Positions 24,730-36,790 of a stretch of 64,000 nucleotides of DNA are shown piece after piece; position 1 is the first letter of the stretch; every line of letters begins with the position of its first letter. The stretch lies in contig NC_082708.1 in assembly GCF_030144855.1 (NCBI RefSeq), forward strand, positions 123,566,001-123,630,000, given 5' to 3'. The translations under genes were made by a program, and so were the position numbers. The notes beneath the pieces were generated by a model. It had not been told where the DNA came from and did no database searches. It saw only the letters and a list, made by a program, of their open reading frames with translations. The stretch is from Hypanus sabinus (lineage: Eukaryota).

Positions 24730-27420
24730 CTGGAGTGATAGGGCTGAGCACAAGGCATTTGGTAGACAAGTTAATGCAGTGTGTAGTTAGACTGTGAGGA
24801 AGGACAGGCAGATGATAGGGCAAAATTGTAGTCAGTGGGACGAGTTGAAATGTATCACAGGGGCAAAACCAAAAGATGTGATGGAAACAAGACCAGATTT
24901 GATTAAGAAGCTTAAGGTAAAGGAACTTCTAGGAGGTAGTGCTCATATCATTCAACCAGCAGTTTGAGAGGAGAAGCTAAAACCACAGGTGTCAGCATTA
25001 CCATGGAGTAAAGGGAATCACAGAGGCAAGAGAGTGAGCTGGCCAGAGTTGATTGGAAGGGGACACTAGCAGGGATGATGGCAGAACAGCAATGGCTGTA
25101 GTTCATGAGTGCAATTCAGAAGGCACAGGATAGATAAAGAAATGGCTGACAAGGGAATCAAAACAGCATCAAAACAAAAGCGAGGGTATATAATATAGAA
25201 AAAAATGAGTGGGAGGTTAGAGGACTGGGAAGCTTTTAAAAACCAACTGAAGGCAACTAAAAAAGGAATGAGGAGAGAAAAAAATTAAATATAAAAGTAA
25301 GCTAGCTAGTGACAAATAAGGAATACCAAAGGTTTTATTCAGATATATAGAGAGTAAAGGAGAGGTATGAGTTGATATTGAATTGTGGTAAAATGATGCT
25401 GGAGAACAAAATGATGGTGGATGAACAGAGCAAGTATTCTGCATCAGACTTCAGTGTGGAAGACACAGTATGCTAGAAATTAGACAGTGTCAAAGGCAGA
25501 GGTGTGTGTAGTTGCTATTGCTAAGGGGAAGGCGCTTGGGAAACTAAAAGGTCTAAAGGTAGAAAGTCACTTAGACCAGATGAATTATACTCAATTGTTC
25601 TGGAAGAGATAATGAAGGCATTAAAATTGAACTTTCAGAAATCACTAAATGGTTCCAGAGAAATGGAAAATTGCAAATGTAACTCCACTCTTTGAGAAGG
25701 GAGGGAAGCAAAAGAAAGGAATTTATGGACCAGTAACAATGGCTTTAGTGGTTGGGAAGATGTTGGAGCCCTTTATTAAGCATGAGGTATCTTAGTTCTT
25801 GGAGGTGCATGATAAAATTAGGCAATGTCAGCATTGTTTACTTACAGGGAAATCTTACCTGACAGATCTGTTGGAATTCTATAAGGAAATAATAGGCAGA
25901 ATAGATAAAGGAGAGTCAATGGATGTTCAGTAAACCTGAAGTTTTAGAAGGTCTTTGACAGGTGCTACACACGAGGCTGCTTAATCAGATAAGATAGAGG
26001 TATATAAAATTATGATGGCTATAGATAGAGTGATTTAATTGAGGTGTATAAAATTATGATGGGTATAGTTAGAGTGAATGCAAGCAGACTTTTTCCACTG
26101 AGGCCAGGGGAGAAAAAAACCAGAGGTCATGGGTTAAGGGTGAAGGAGGAAAAGTTTAAAGGGAACATTGGGGTGGGGGCTTCTTCAAGCAGAGAGTGGT
26201 GGGAGTGTGGAATGAGCTGCTAGATGAAGTGATGAATGTGGGCTCACTTTGGACATTTAAGGAAAACTTGGACATGTATATGGATGAGAGGGGTTTGGAG
26301 GGATATGGCCCAGGTGCAGGTAAGAGGGACTAGGCAGGAAAATGGTTCAGCACAGCCAAGAAGGGCCAAAAGACCTGTTTCTGTGCTGTAATGTTCTGTG
26401 GTTCTATGGTTCCTTAAGAGCCCGTGGTATTACAGGGGAGATACTAGTATGGATAGAAGATTAGCTGAGTGGTAGGAGACAAACTGTAGGAATAAAAGTC
26501 CCTCTTCTGGTTGGTTGCAGGTTGTGTTTTGCAGGGGTTGGTGTTGGGACCACTTCTTTTTGTGCTATATGTCAATGATTTTGATAATGGAATTGATGCT
26601 TTTGTGGACAAGATTGCAGAAAATAGGAAGACGGATAGAGGGGAAGGAAGTATTGAGTTAGGAAGGAGTCTGCAGAAGGACTTAGACAGATTTGGATAAT
26701 GGGCAAAGAAATAGCAGATGGAATAGTGTAGGGAAGTGTATGGTTATGCTGTTTGGTAGAAGGAGTAAGGGCATAGACTATTTTCTAAATTGGAAGAAAA
26801 TTCAGAAAACCTGGAGGTGCAAAGGTACTTGGGAGTCCTCGTGCAGGATTCCCAGAAGGTTAACTTGCAGGTTGAGCTGGTGATAAGGAAGGGAAATGCA
26901 ATGTTAGCATTCATTTTGAAAAGACTAGAATATATAAGCAAGGATATAATGTTGAGGCTTTATATGGCATTAGTCAGACAACACTAGGAATATTGTGAGC
27001 AGTTTTGGGCCCCTTATCTAAGAAAAGATGTACTGGTATTGGGGAGGGCCCAGAGGAGTTTCACAAAAATGATTCTGGGAATGAAAGGGTTAAAGTTTAG
27101 GTTCATTTGATGCCTCTGCGCCTGTACTCACTGGAATTTATAAGAATGTGGGGTGTAGATAAAGTGAGTGGACACAATCTTTTTTCCCAGGGTAGGAGAG
27201 TCTAAAGCCAGAGGATATAGATTTATAGTAAGAGGGGAAGATTTAAAAGGGGACATGAGGGAAACATTTTCACACAAAGGGTGGTTGACACATGGAATGA
27301 GCTCCCAGATAAAGAAAATATATGTTTATAAGACATTTAGACAGCAACAAGGATAGAAAACTTTAACATGGATATGGACCAAATACAAGCAAATGGGATG
27401 AGTATAGTTGGCATGGCTGA
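24730..27420 (+). mobile_element. Old CR1 ORF2 with a younger CR1 3' end nested at about 25995-26412
   Basis: LQGLVLGPLLFVLYVND, YLGVLVQDSQKVNLQV and CR1 3' UTR; the inserted block ends in ttctatggttctatggttc and interrupts a taaga motif. Confidence 0.8.
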
Positions 27421-27720
27421 AAGGCATGTTTCTGTAAAGGGTAACTGTTTGACCCTATAATTTAAATGGTGAAAGACTTGTAGTACAAACACAAGAAGCT
27501 AATGTTGCTTTAGCAGTTGATATTATTGTCCTTATCATTTCATTATCTTTTTTCAGTTTCTTTCTCTTTTAACAAATTTCAAATATTTATTTTGATATCA
27601 TCTACAAATTTCAGCATGTATTTTTAAACTTCTGTTTCTATAACTAACTATCTGCTCTTCATTTGCAACAGCGATTGCAAAATTGTTATCTTGCTTAACT
27701 CCGAGCTGTTCAGCTCGGAT

Positions 27721-27727
27721 TATAAAT
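27721..27727 (+). promoter_or_regulatory. TATA box (TATAAAT) of CXC chemokine gene 2
   Basis: Canonical TATAAA 87 nt upstream of the ATG at 27808. Confidence 0.65.
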
Positions 27728-27807
27728 ATCAGTGTAAGGCAAATAGAAAACACAGAAGAAGAACCAGGCTGAATCAGAAAGGCAAGACAAGAACACTTGA
27801 GCTCACG

Positions 27808-27871
27808 ATGAACTATAGAGTTATCTTCACATTCTTGCTGCTCCTTGGAAATTATGCAGCTTTCCTGATGG
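27808..27871 (+). CDS. CXC chemokine gene 2, coding exon 1 (signal peptide); join(27808..27871,28927..29059,30806..30902), 97 aa
   Basis: 64-nt exon MNYRVIFTFLLLLGNYAAFLM+G, donor GTGAGG; 11/21 residues identical to gene 1 exon 1. Confidence 0.92.
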
Positions 27872-28926
27872 GTGAGGAAATTACTCTACATTTTGTATTT
27901 TGTTGTCTTGATTCAGAATCAGCTTAATAGCATTCTGTTTAAAAAAAACTGCTGGTAATCTGCAAAAACAGCAGAACAAGTAACAAATACTCAACAGATT
28001 AGTGAAACAGAGTTAGCAGTTCTGGCCATGAGAAATGGAAAAATGTGAAAGTAAGTGTGTTTTAAGTAGAAATGAGGGAGAGGGTTCAAAAGAACAAACT
28101 TTTCTTTCCAATTAGGAAGGTTCATACAACCGAGGTATGTACCAGTAGTCTGCAAAATTAATTCAATGAGCCTCATCATCAGGTGTATCTTTTATCTCTT
28201 GTGCTCAATCTGTTCCAAGAAAGCCAAGATCCCTGAGAGAACAAACTATATTTGTTCCTATAATTAGAACTGATATGACAGTTGATCCATAAACGGGATC
28301 AGATGTAGTGATAATCTGTACCATAAAGGATACAGAAGGTATTACTTGAATGGTTACAGGAATGATGCATCTCAGAAAAAAATAATTAAATTGGAATGAC
28401 TGGGCTCGTCAGTTTTGGAGCAAGAAAAATTGAAAGTTCTGCTGGAAGTGTACAATATTTCAGGTACAGGACTTCCCACAAAACAGCAAAAAAATCGATT
28501 TGGTCTGGGTCTCAGACCAATTTGGGACTACAGAGAGTTGAACAAGGAAACTTACTCTGATATGTTGAAGTAATGTGACAATCAAGAGGCAACTAAAACT
28601 GGATTCATCCTGTCCATACAGTGTGTTACCAGCAGGCCAGTCTATACAAAAAAGGAGCAAAATAAAACAAATAGCAGACACAACTGGCCAGTGATTATGG
28701 CAATGGAAAGAAAGGTGAGCTTCCCAAAGTTGAAAAATTCACTGTTGAGTCATGTAGACTACAAAGTGCCCAGGCAGAAGCCTAGGAGTCTTTTCTCAAG
28801 CTCAACGAGCAGTCTCATTGTAACAGTACAGAAAGTCATAGAGAAGGTCACATTGCAAATACTGAATGTGGTAAACCTCTATTATGGAAAACAAATGTTT
28901 ACAACATTTTATGATTCATTTTACAG

Positions 28927-29059
28927 CTGTTCCTGTAAATGACAAAGTGAACCTCCCATGTCGCTGTGTAAAATATGAAAAGAAAAAGATACCCCTACAA
29001 CAGATCACTGACATTGAAATCTTCAACAAAAGCAAAAAATGCAATGTTCCAGAAGTATT
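28927..29059 (+). CDS. CXC chemokine gene 2, coding exon 2
   Basis: Acceptor attcattttacag; 133 nt; (A)VPVNDKVNLPCRCVKYEKKKIPLQQITDIEIFNKSKKCNVPEV(L) with C-X-C-X24-C; donor GTAAGA. Confidence 0.95.
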
Positions 29060-29156
29060 GTAAGAATTGTTCATGTACTTAAGTACTCCGTTTTTATATT
29101 TTATTGGGGCAATCCTGAAAATCTGGAAAAAATATGTGAATGATATTTGTATCTGC

Positions 29157-30676
29157 AGATCATGCATTGGTAATCATTTTCCAATGTTACTTAGATTCAG
29201 GATCAGTTCCTGAGGATTGGAGAATGGCTAATGTTATCCCACTTTTTAAGAAAGGAGGGAGGGAGAAAACAGAACTATCGACCTGTCAGCCTAACATCAG
29301 TAGTGGGGAAGATGCTAGAGTCCATTATTAAAGATGAAATAGTGGCATATCTAGATAGCAGTGATAGGATTGGGCTGAGCCAGCATGGATTTACCAAGGG
29401 TTAATCATGCTTGACTAATCTATTGGAGTTTTTCGAGGATGTAATCAGGAAGTTAGACAAGGGAGATCCAGTGGATGTAGTGTACCTCAATTTTCAGAAG
29501 GCATTTGATAAGGTCCCACATAGGAGATTGGTAGGTAAAATCAAAGCTCATGGCATTGGGGGGAAGACATTGACATGGATAGAAAACTGGTTGGCAGATA
29601 GAAAGCAAAGGGTAGCAGTGAATGGGTGTTTCTCTGAATGGCAGGTGGTGACTAGTGGGGTGCCACAGGGCTCGGTATTGGGATCACAGCTGTTGACGAT
29701 TTAGGTCAACAATTTAGATTAAGACATCGAGAATAACATCAGCAAGTTTGCTGATGATACTAAGCTGTGTAGCAGTGTGACATGTGATGAGGATGTTAGG
29801 AGAATTCAGGGTGACTTGGATAGGCTGGGTGAGTGGGCAGATACTTGGCAGATGACGTTTAATGTGAATAAGTGTGAGGTTATCCACTTTGGGAGTAAGA
29901 ATAGGAAGGCAGATTATTACCTGAACGGTGTAGAGTTAGGTAAGGGAGAAATACAAAGAGATCTAGGAGTCCTTGTTCATCAGTCACTGAAGATGAATGA
30001 GCAAGTGCAGCAGGCAGTGAAGAAGGCTAATGGAATGTTGGCCTTTATTACAAAGGGAATTGAGTACAAGAGCAAGGAAATCCTCTTGCATTTGTACAGG
30101 GCCCTGGTGAGACCACACCTGGAGTATTGTGTACAGTTTTGGTCTCCAGGGTTAAGGAAGGACATCCTGGCTGTAGAGGATGTGCAGCGTAGATTCACAA
30201 GGTTAATTACTGGGATGTCAGGACTGTCTTATGCAGAGAGGTTAGAGAGACTGGGCTTGTACACGCTGGAATTAAGGAGATTGAGAGGGGATCTGATTGC
30301 AACATATAAGGTTATTAAGGGATTGGACAAGATAGAGGCAGGAAATATGTTCCAGATGCTGGGAGAGTCCAGTACCAGGGGGCATGGTTTGAGAATAAGG
30401 GGTAGGTCATTTAGAACAGAGTTAAGGAAAAACTTCTTCTCCCAGAGAGTTGTGGGGGCTCTGGAATGCACTGCCTCGGAAGGCAGTGGAGACCAATTCT
30501 CTGGATGCTTTCAAGAAGGAGCTAGATAGGTATCTTATGGATAGGGGAATCAAAGGATATGGGGACAAAGCAGGAACTGGGTATTGATAGTAGATGATCA
30601 GCCATGATCTCAGAATGGTGGTGCAGGCTCGAAGGGCCAAATGGTCTACTTCTGCACCTGTTGTCTATTGTCTATC
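29157..30676 (+). mobile_element. 5'-truncated CR1 LINE in intron 2 of chemokine gene 2
   Basis: RT motifs (QHGF, DVVYLNFQKAFDKVPH, VPQGSVLG, RPHLEYCVQFWSP) and ttgtctattgtctat tail; possible TSD ATCTGC at 29151-29156 and 30677-30682. Confidence 0.92.
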
Positions 30677-30805
30677 ATCTGCCAAAGTTAAAAGGGACAA
30701 TCAGAAGAATTCTTTAAAAATTGACATTTTAGATCAAACAATGCGGCAGTTCACCAAAAAAAATCAAAAAACTAAAAAGATAAAATTTCTCCCTCTTTCT
30801 TTCAG

Positions 30806-30902
30806 AGCTCATTTGACGTCAGGCAACAAAATCTGTTTACATGGGCAGGAACCGTGGGTGAAGAATCTTGTTGACAATTTACTGAAATCTGCTTCAATGT
30901 AG
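30806..30902 (+). CDS. CXC chemokine gene 2, coding exon 3 (terminal)
   Basis: Acceptor ccctctttctttcag; AHLTSGNKICLHGQEPWVKNLVDNLLKSASM* with fourth Cys and PWVK; stop TAG 30900-30902. Confidence 0.95.
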
Positions 30903-31944
30903 AATACCTTTGAAGGATTTCAATGCTGTGACAATATCAAGAGGATATGAAACAGGCTCTCTAACTATAAACTTTACCTTAATTGAAAATTGCTAATTCT
31001 GGAAGAAGGATTGTATCTACAATATTAATAATTCTAAGCAAATGGCCTTCTAAATTAACATATGTTTTCCTAAATATAACACTGAATTGCCTTTCTCTTC
31101 TCTATCAAGCAAAACCCTTCACCATAAACCATAGAATAAGGATTGTAGCAGGTTTTTCTGTCCATTTATCCTTGATATTCAATTATTCATCTCCCAACTC
31201 TTCATCTTCCTCTCATTCCCTCAAGACTCATTCATCTGCCACCCATTCCCTCACTTCAGCTGCTTTTCAAAACCACACAGATTTCTCCATTTCAAAACTT
31301 CTTCCCAGAGCTCCAGTGAAAGTTACCATTTAATTTCTTTCTACTATATGCTTTTTGGTAACTCACTTCAAATTAACAGCTTTCTCCCTTGTTTTGCTTC
31401 CGGTGCTTTTGCTAATTTCTTGAAATTGGTGCCCATCTAGTTACTGACACTACCACTGGTGGAAGCAGCTTTAAGCTGCCTTTGTTTTCATATACAATAA
31501 TTAATGTTTCAAATCTCCACATCTCTGTCTGTACAAGATGGAAAAGTACAAGATACTCCAGTTTCTCAGTAAAACAGAAATTCCACAAAGATTTCATTCT
31601 GTATTTCAGTAAAGGTACTACAGCTAATGGCAAGTCAGGATGGAGATGAATGAATTACTATACCTTTCCTGATCTGATAACATTATAAATTCAAGAGCAA
31701 AAGTCCACAGTCCAGCTTTTTCCAGCCACTGCTCCTTTCTTCCCTTTCATTTTCTGTTATTTCCCTTTTCTCTGCCAGTAACAGCTCAAGAATCATTAAA
31801 TTAATGCACATATATAATGCTGATAAGTGGCCTTCACTTTGACAGCATTGCTTTGTATAATTTTAAGCTATAAGCAGTGTGGAGTAACAAGAAACATGCC
31901 TAGAAGCTTGCTGTATTTTTGATGTGAAAACTTATGAATGTTTC

Positions 31945-31950
31945 AATAAA
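31945..31950 (+). promoter_or_regulatory. Probable polyadenylation signal of chemokine gene 2
   Basis: AATAAA about 1.04 kb after the stop, in the same AATAAACTGCTTTTG context as gene 1. Confidence 0.6.
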
Positions 31951-32149
31951 CTGCTTTTGAATCCAGTTATTGTATCCTGGACATTATTTTGGGGAGAGAC
32001 GGAGAGAGTGAACACAAGAGTTAACTCAATTAGTCATAGAGCTATACAAAACAGAAACACTCCTTCCACACCATCCTACACAGAGGAACTGTGTAGCCAG
32101 TGCAGAGTACACTTGTGGCCATTCCCTCAATAATAACTATACAACTTTA

Positions 32150-33300
32150 GATACTATGGAGGGGAAACAACCTACCAGGGGCAGCCACAGTGACTGAACC
32201 TCTGACGCTGAGTCTGGTGCTGTTGTTCAGAAGAGGTGAAGAGGACTGCAATGTTGATAGGAGAGGAACAGAGATGAAGTTTCCATGGGTGTGATAGAGA
32301 TACTCAGATGGTATGTTGCCTCCCTGGTCCAGGATCAGGGATGTCACAGATCAGGTCCGTGGCTTTCTCAAGGGCAAAGGTGAGCAGACAGAAGTCTTGG
32401 TACATATTGGAGCCAATGACAGAGGTAGACAAGGTGAGGAGGTCCAGAAGAGAGATTTTAGGGAGCTAGGTAGGAAGCTGAGAAACAGGACTTCCAGGGT
32501 AGTAATCTCTGGATTGCTGCCTTTGCCATGTACCAGTGAGGGTAAGAATGGGATGATCTGGCAGGTGAATGTGTGGCTGAGGAACTGGCGCAGGGAGCAG
32601 AGGTTCAGATTTATGGATCATTGGGATCCCTTCTGGGGAAGGTATGATCTGTACAAAAGTGTTGGAGTGAAAAAACAAAAATCTGAGGTTCAAAGGGACT
32701 TGGGAGTCTTTGTGCAGAATACCCTAAATGTTAATTTACAGGTTGAGTCTGTGGTGACAAAGGCCAATGCAATGTTAGCATTCATTTCAAGAGGACTAGA
32801 CTATAAAAGCAAGGTCGGAATGTTGAGACTTTCTAAATCACTGGCGAGGCCTCACTTGGAGTATTGTGAGCAGGTTTGGGCCCCTTATCTTAGAAAGGAT
32901 GTGCTGAAACTGGAGAGGGTTCAAAGGAGGTTCGTGAAAGTGATTCCAGGATTGAACAGCTTGATATATGAAGAGTGTTTGATTGCTCCGGGCCTGCATT
33001 CACTAAAAATCAGAAGAATGAGGGATGACTTCATATCAAGTGGTGAAAGACCTTGATAGAGTGGATGTGGAAAGGATGTTTCCTATGGTGGGAGAGTCTA
33101 TGACCAGAGGACACAGCCTCAGAATAGAGGGCATCCTTTTTGAATGGAGATGAGGAGTAATTTCTTTAGCCAGATAGTGGTGAATCCGTGGAATTTGTTG
33201 TCATAGGCAATTGTGGAGGCCAAGTTTTTATGTATATTTAAGGCAGAGATTGATATATTCTTGATTGGTCAGGGCATGAAGGGATAGGGGGGCAAGGCAG
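32150..33300 (+). mobile_element. Internally deleted CR1 (ORF1 esterase joined directly to ORF2 C-terminus and 3' UTR)
   Basis: ORF 32313..33056 runs from EVLVHIGAND...DHWDPFWGRYDLYK into EVQRDLGV...RPHLEYCEQVWAPYLRKD. Confidence 0.85.
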
Positions 33301-33929
33301 GAGATCTTGTTGTCTCCCTAGCTCCTGAGACAACAAGCCTAGCCTTATCAATCTTTCATTATCGTAATTCTCCTGCCCAGATAACATCCTGCTGAAACCC
33401 TTCTTTACCTTTCCTGATGCAATCATGTCCTTTGTAGAGTACTCACTACTCCACCTGTAGCTCAACTCATGTACCATAATCTTACTGTTCTAATATTCTG
33501 TGCCCAAGCTACAGAAGGCAAGTATCCCATGGGCTTTCTTTACCATTTCACTTCCTATGCTGCTACTTTCAGAGATCCACCGTCTGTCCCTCAAAGCTCC
33601 CTAAAGCCCTGCCATTCATAGTACATGTCCTACCATTATTTTTCCTTCTAAATATCAGCACTTCATGTATAACAGTGTTTACTTCCATCAGTAATTCTGC
33701 CTGGCATGATGGCCACAGCTATTCTGATTACCACAGTTGTACGAGAATTTACTGTTCAGCAAAACTACAACAGCTTTATTTAAAAGAATGTGAAAGTGGC
33801 AAGTGATGCCTAACCTCACGCTTACTCTGCAGCTGGTCACGTCATAATTACGCAGAATGCTAGAATACACCAGCCAACTTCGATTGTTGCGCTATATTGG
33901 GATATATTGCGGCACAGTGTTAGATAAAC

Positions 33930-34410
33930 CAGGATGCCTACTTGTTAATCAGCCAATCATCTGGCAGCAACTTCATGCATAAAAATGTCGATATGGTCAA
34001 GCTGTTCAGCTACTGTTCAAACCAAACTACAGAGAGGGAATAAATGTGATCTAAGTGACTCTAAATGTTGGTGCCAGACAGGGTGGTTTCAGTATCTCAG
34101 GAACTGCTGAACTCCTGGAATCTTCATGGACAACAGTCTCTGGAGCTTGCAGAAAATAAAGTGGAAAACAAAAGAAAATCAGTGAATGACACATCTGTGG
34201 GTGAAAACACCTTGTTGATGAGAGAGGTCAGAGGAGAATGGCTAGACTGGTTCAGGCCACGAGGAAGGCAACAGTAACTCAAATGACCATGTGTTAGAAC
34301 AGTGGTGTACAGAAGAGCCTGTCTAAACGCCCAGCATGTTGAACCTTGAAGTGGATGGTCCACACCAGCAGAAAACCATGACATGCACTCACTGTCCACT
34401 TACAGCTGCC
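33930..34410 (+). mobile_element. Tc1/mariner remnant, same family as 12875-13424
   Basis: Shares taatcagccaatca, gtgatctaagtgact and gagagaggtcagaggagaatgg with the 12.9-kb copy. Confidence 0.75.
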
Positions 34411-34584
34411 AACTGTGCAATGAAGTTGCTTCCAGACCTATAGGCCCAGGAATTTTAATGCATGCAGACATCTGTTAGATGGTTACAGCAACTTCACATT
34501 AAGGACCATTTCAATTATGGACCTGCCCAGCTCTTGAGAGGTGTTGTGCAACTTCATTGTGTTCTCCCAATCTGTCTAAGTCTA

Positions 34585-34855
34585 GGCTGCCACAGTAGCA
34601 TAGCGGTTAGCGGGACAGCATTACAGCTCAGAGTGTTGGGAATCGCAGTCCTATTCCACGTCATTTGTAAGGTGTTTTCCTGTGAACGTGTGGGCTTTCT
34701 CCAGGTGCTCTGTTTTTCTCCCACTTTCCACAGACATACCGGTTGGTAGTTTAATTAGTTGCCGTAAACTGTCCTTTGATTAGGCTGAGGTTTAGTCGGT
34801 GGATTGCTGGGGGTATGGCCCAAAAGCCTGAAGAGCCTATTCCGCACTATTTAAG
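34585..34855 (+). mobile_element. tRNA-derived SINE (HE1-like)
   Basis: Head ggctgccacagtagcatagcggttagc; body ctttctccaggtgctctgtttttctcccac...ggttggtagtttaattagtt. Confidence 0.7.
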
Positions 34856-34859
34856 ACTC

Positions 34860-35650
34860 TCTGTTTGCTCAACACTGCGTGCCCCTTCACCTATCTTCCT
34901 ATTATCCACAAACTTGGCCTCTAAGCCATCAATTCTGTCATCCAAATCATTGACATATTAAGTGAAAAGAAGTGGTCCCAGTACTGGCTGCCAACCAGAA
35001 CAGGTCTCTTTTATTCTAATTCTTTGCCTCCCACCAACCAGCCAATCTTCTACCGATATTAATATCTTTCCTATATTACAATGTGCTCTTATCTTGTTTA
35101 GCAGCCACTTGCAGCACTTTGTCAAACACCTTCTGAAAATACAAGTAAACAAAATCCACTAACTCTCCTTTGTCTATCCTGCCTCTGATTTCCTCAAGGA
35201 ACTCCAAAAGACTTGTCAGGCATGATTTCTCTTAAGGAAACCATGCTGACTTTGACTTATTTTATCACGTGCCTCCAATTACTCAGTAATCTCACCCTTG
35301 ATAATGGACTTCAACATCTGCCCAACCACTGAAGTCAGGCTACTTGTCTACAATTTCCTTTCATCTACCTCTTAAAAAGTAGAGTGACATTTACAATTTT
35401 CTAGTCCTCTGGTACCATTCCTCGATCTAGTGATTCTTGAAAGATCATTACTAATGTCTCACAATCTCTTCAGCTGCCTCTTTCAGAACCCTGGGGTGTA
35501 GTCCACCTGGTCCAGGTGACTTATCCACCTTCAGTCCTTTCAGCTTCCCAGCACCTTCTTCTTAGTAATAGCCACTACACTCACTTCTGCCCCCTTAACA
35601 CTCTCAAACTTCTGGCATTCTTCTGTCTTCCGCAGTGAAGGCTGATGCAA
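34860..35650 (-). mobile_element. Degenerate CR1 RT fragment
   Basis: Reverse complement of the KSPGPGGLHP, QHGFLK and EDWLVGGRQRIRIK segments. Confidence 0.8.
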
Positions 35651-36790
35651 GTAGGTGGAGGGGGGTCTGAGAGAACATTCTGGTTGGAATTGGAGGCATC
35701 AAAAAAAGGTCCAAGCCAGAAGTAGGGCTCTCCAGCAAATTCTGGGCTGGGAGGAACATCGGGCATGAACCCAATGACCTCACCATTATCAGGGCTCTTT
35801 GTTGCCAGTGAAACACTGACCCGACGTCAAGCACAAACACACACCTCGTTTTTAGAATTCAACCCTTCAGTCCATAGGGTCTTGGAATGAGAGGTCCTGA
35901 CAATATCCAAAATGCATATCAACCGTGAGTTAGTGCTGGATTAGCTCTGTCAATAATACCTTCCACTGATGATTAAGAGTATATGGTTTTGCCCCAGTTT
36001 TCGTGAGCAGAGGATAAATGAGCAGATGTCCATATCATTGGGGAGATATCAGAGCTGTACGTATGTTGGAGTACCTTGGCCTGAGGCCTGGCTCATTCAG
36101 GAGTACAAGTCTTCAATACTATATCCGGAGAGTAGTATGGTCCCATAGTTTATGTTCTAGCCACTGCTCTCAGCAGTTCCTTAACATAACAGAGAGAGAA
36201 TGAAATTGTCAGCAGGCCTGGTTAGCTGATGGTGGGAGGCATTATGGATCATTTATTCTGAACATGGTAGTAAACGCTTCAACCTTCCCTTTCTGTCTGA
36301 GTGTATTATGGCTGTACTTCTCAAAGTGTACAACCTCCCCTGTGTCTATGGAAGACTGGAATTGTACAGTCAGACCTTGAACCCACCTCCCTCAGTGAAC
36401 CAGGATGCGTCCCAGCAAGGCTATGTTTATTCTGAGCTAATGCCTACTTCCTCCATTTTCACCCACTCATTATCCTCGCTGTCTCCCAGTCATTTAACAT
36501 TTTGTTCTCTTCTGTGGCAGACTAATAATAAAGCACTCCCTGGTAGTTAGTTAGTCCTCCATTTATACCTTCCACCTTCTTTCCTTTTGCCACAGATCAC
36601 CTTCCTTGTACCTGATGAGCTTCAAAAATACTTGCCTATAATATACATGCCAATAGATATAGATTCTCCTTTTTTATTCATTGCTATTTTCTCATTCTGT
36701 CTTTCCTTGCCTCATTTCTCTTTCTACTTTTCATCGTCACTTATTATATGCTGATCTGTGTTCCCAGGGCACATGTTTACAGGTTGCAAC

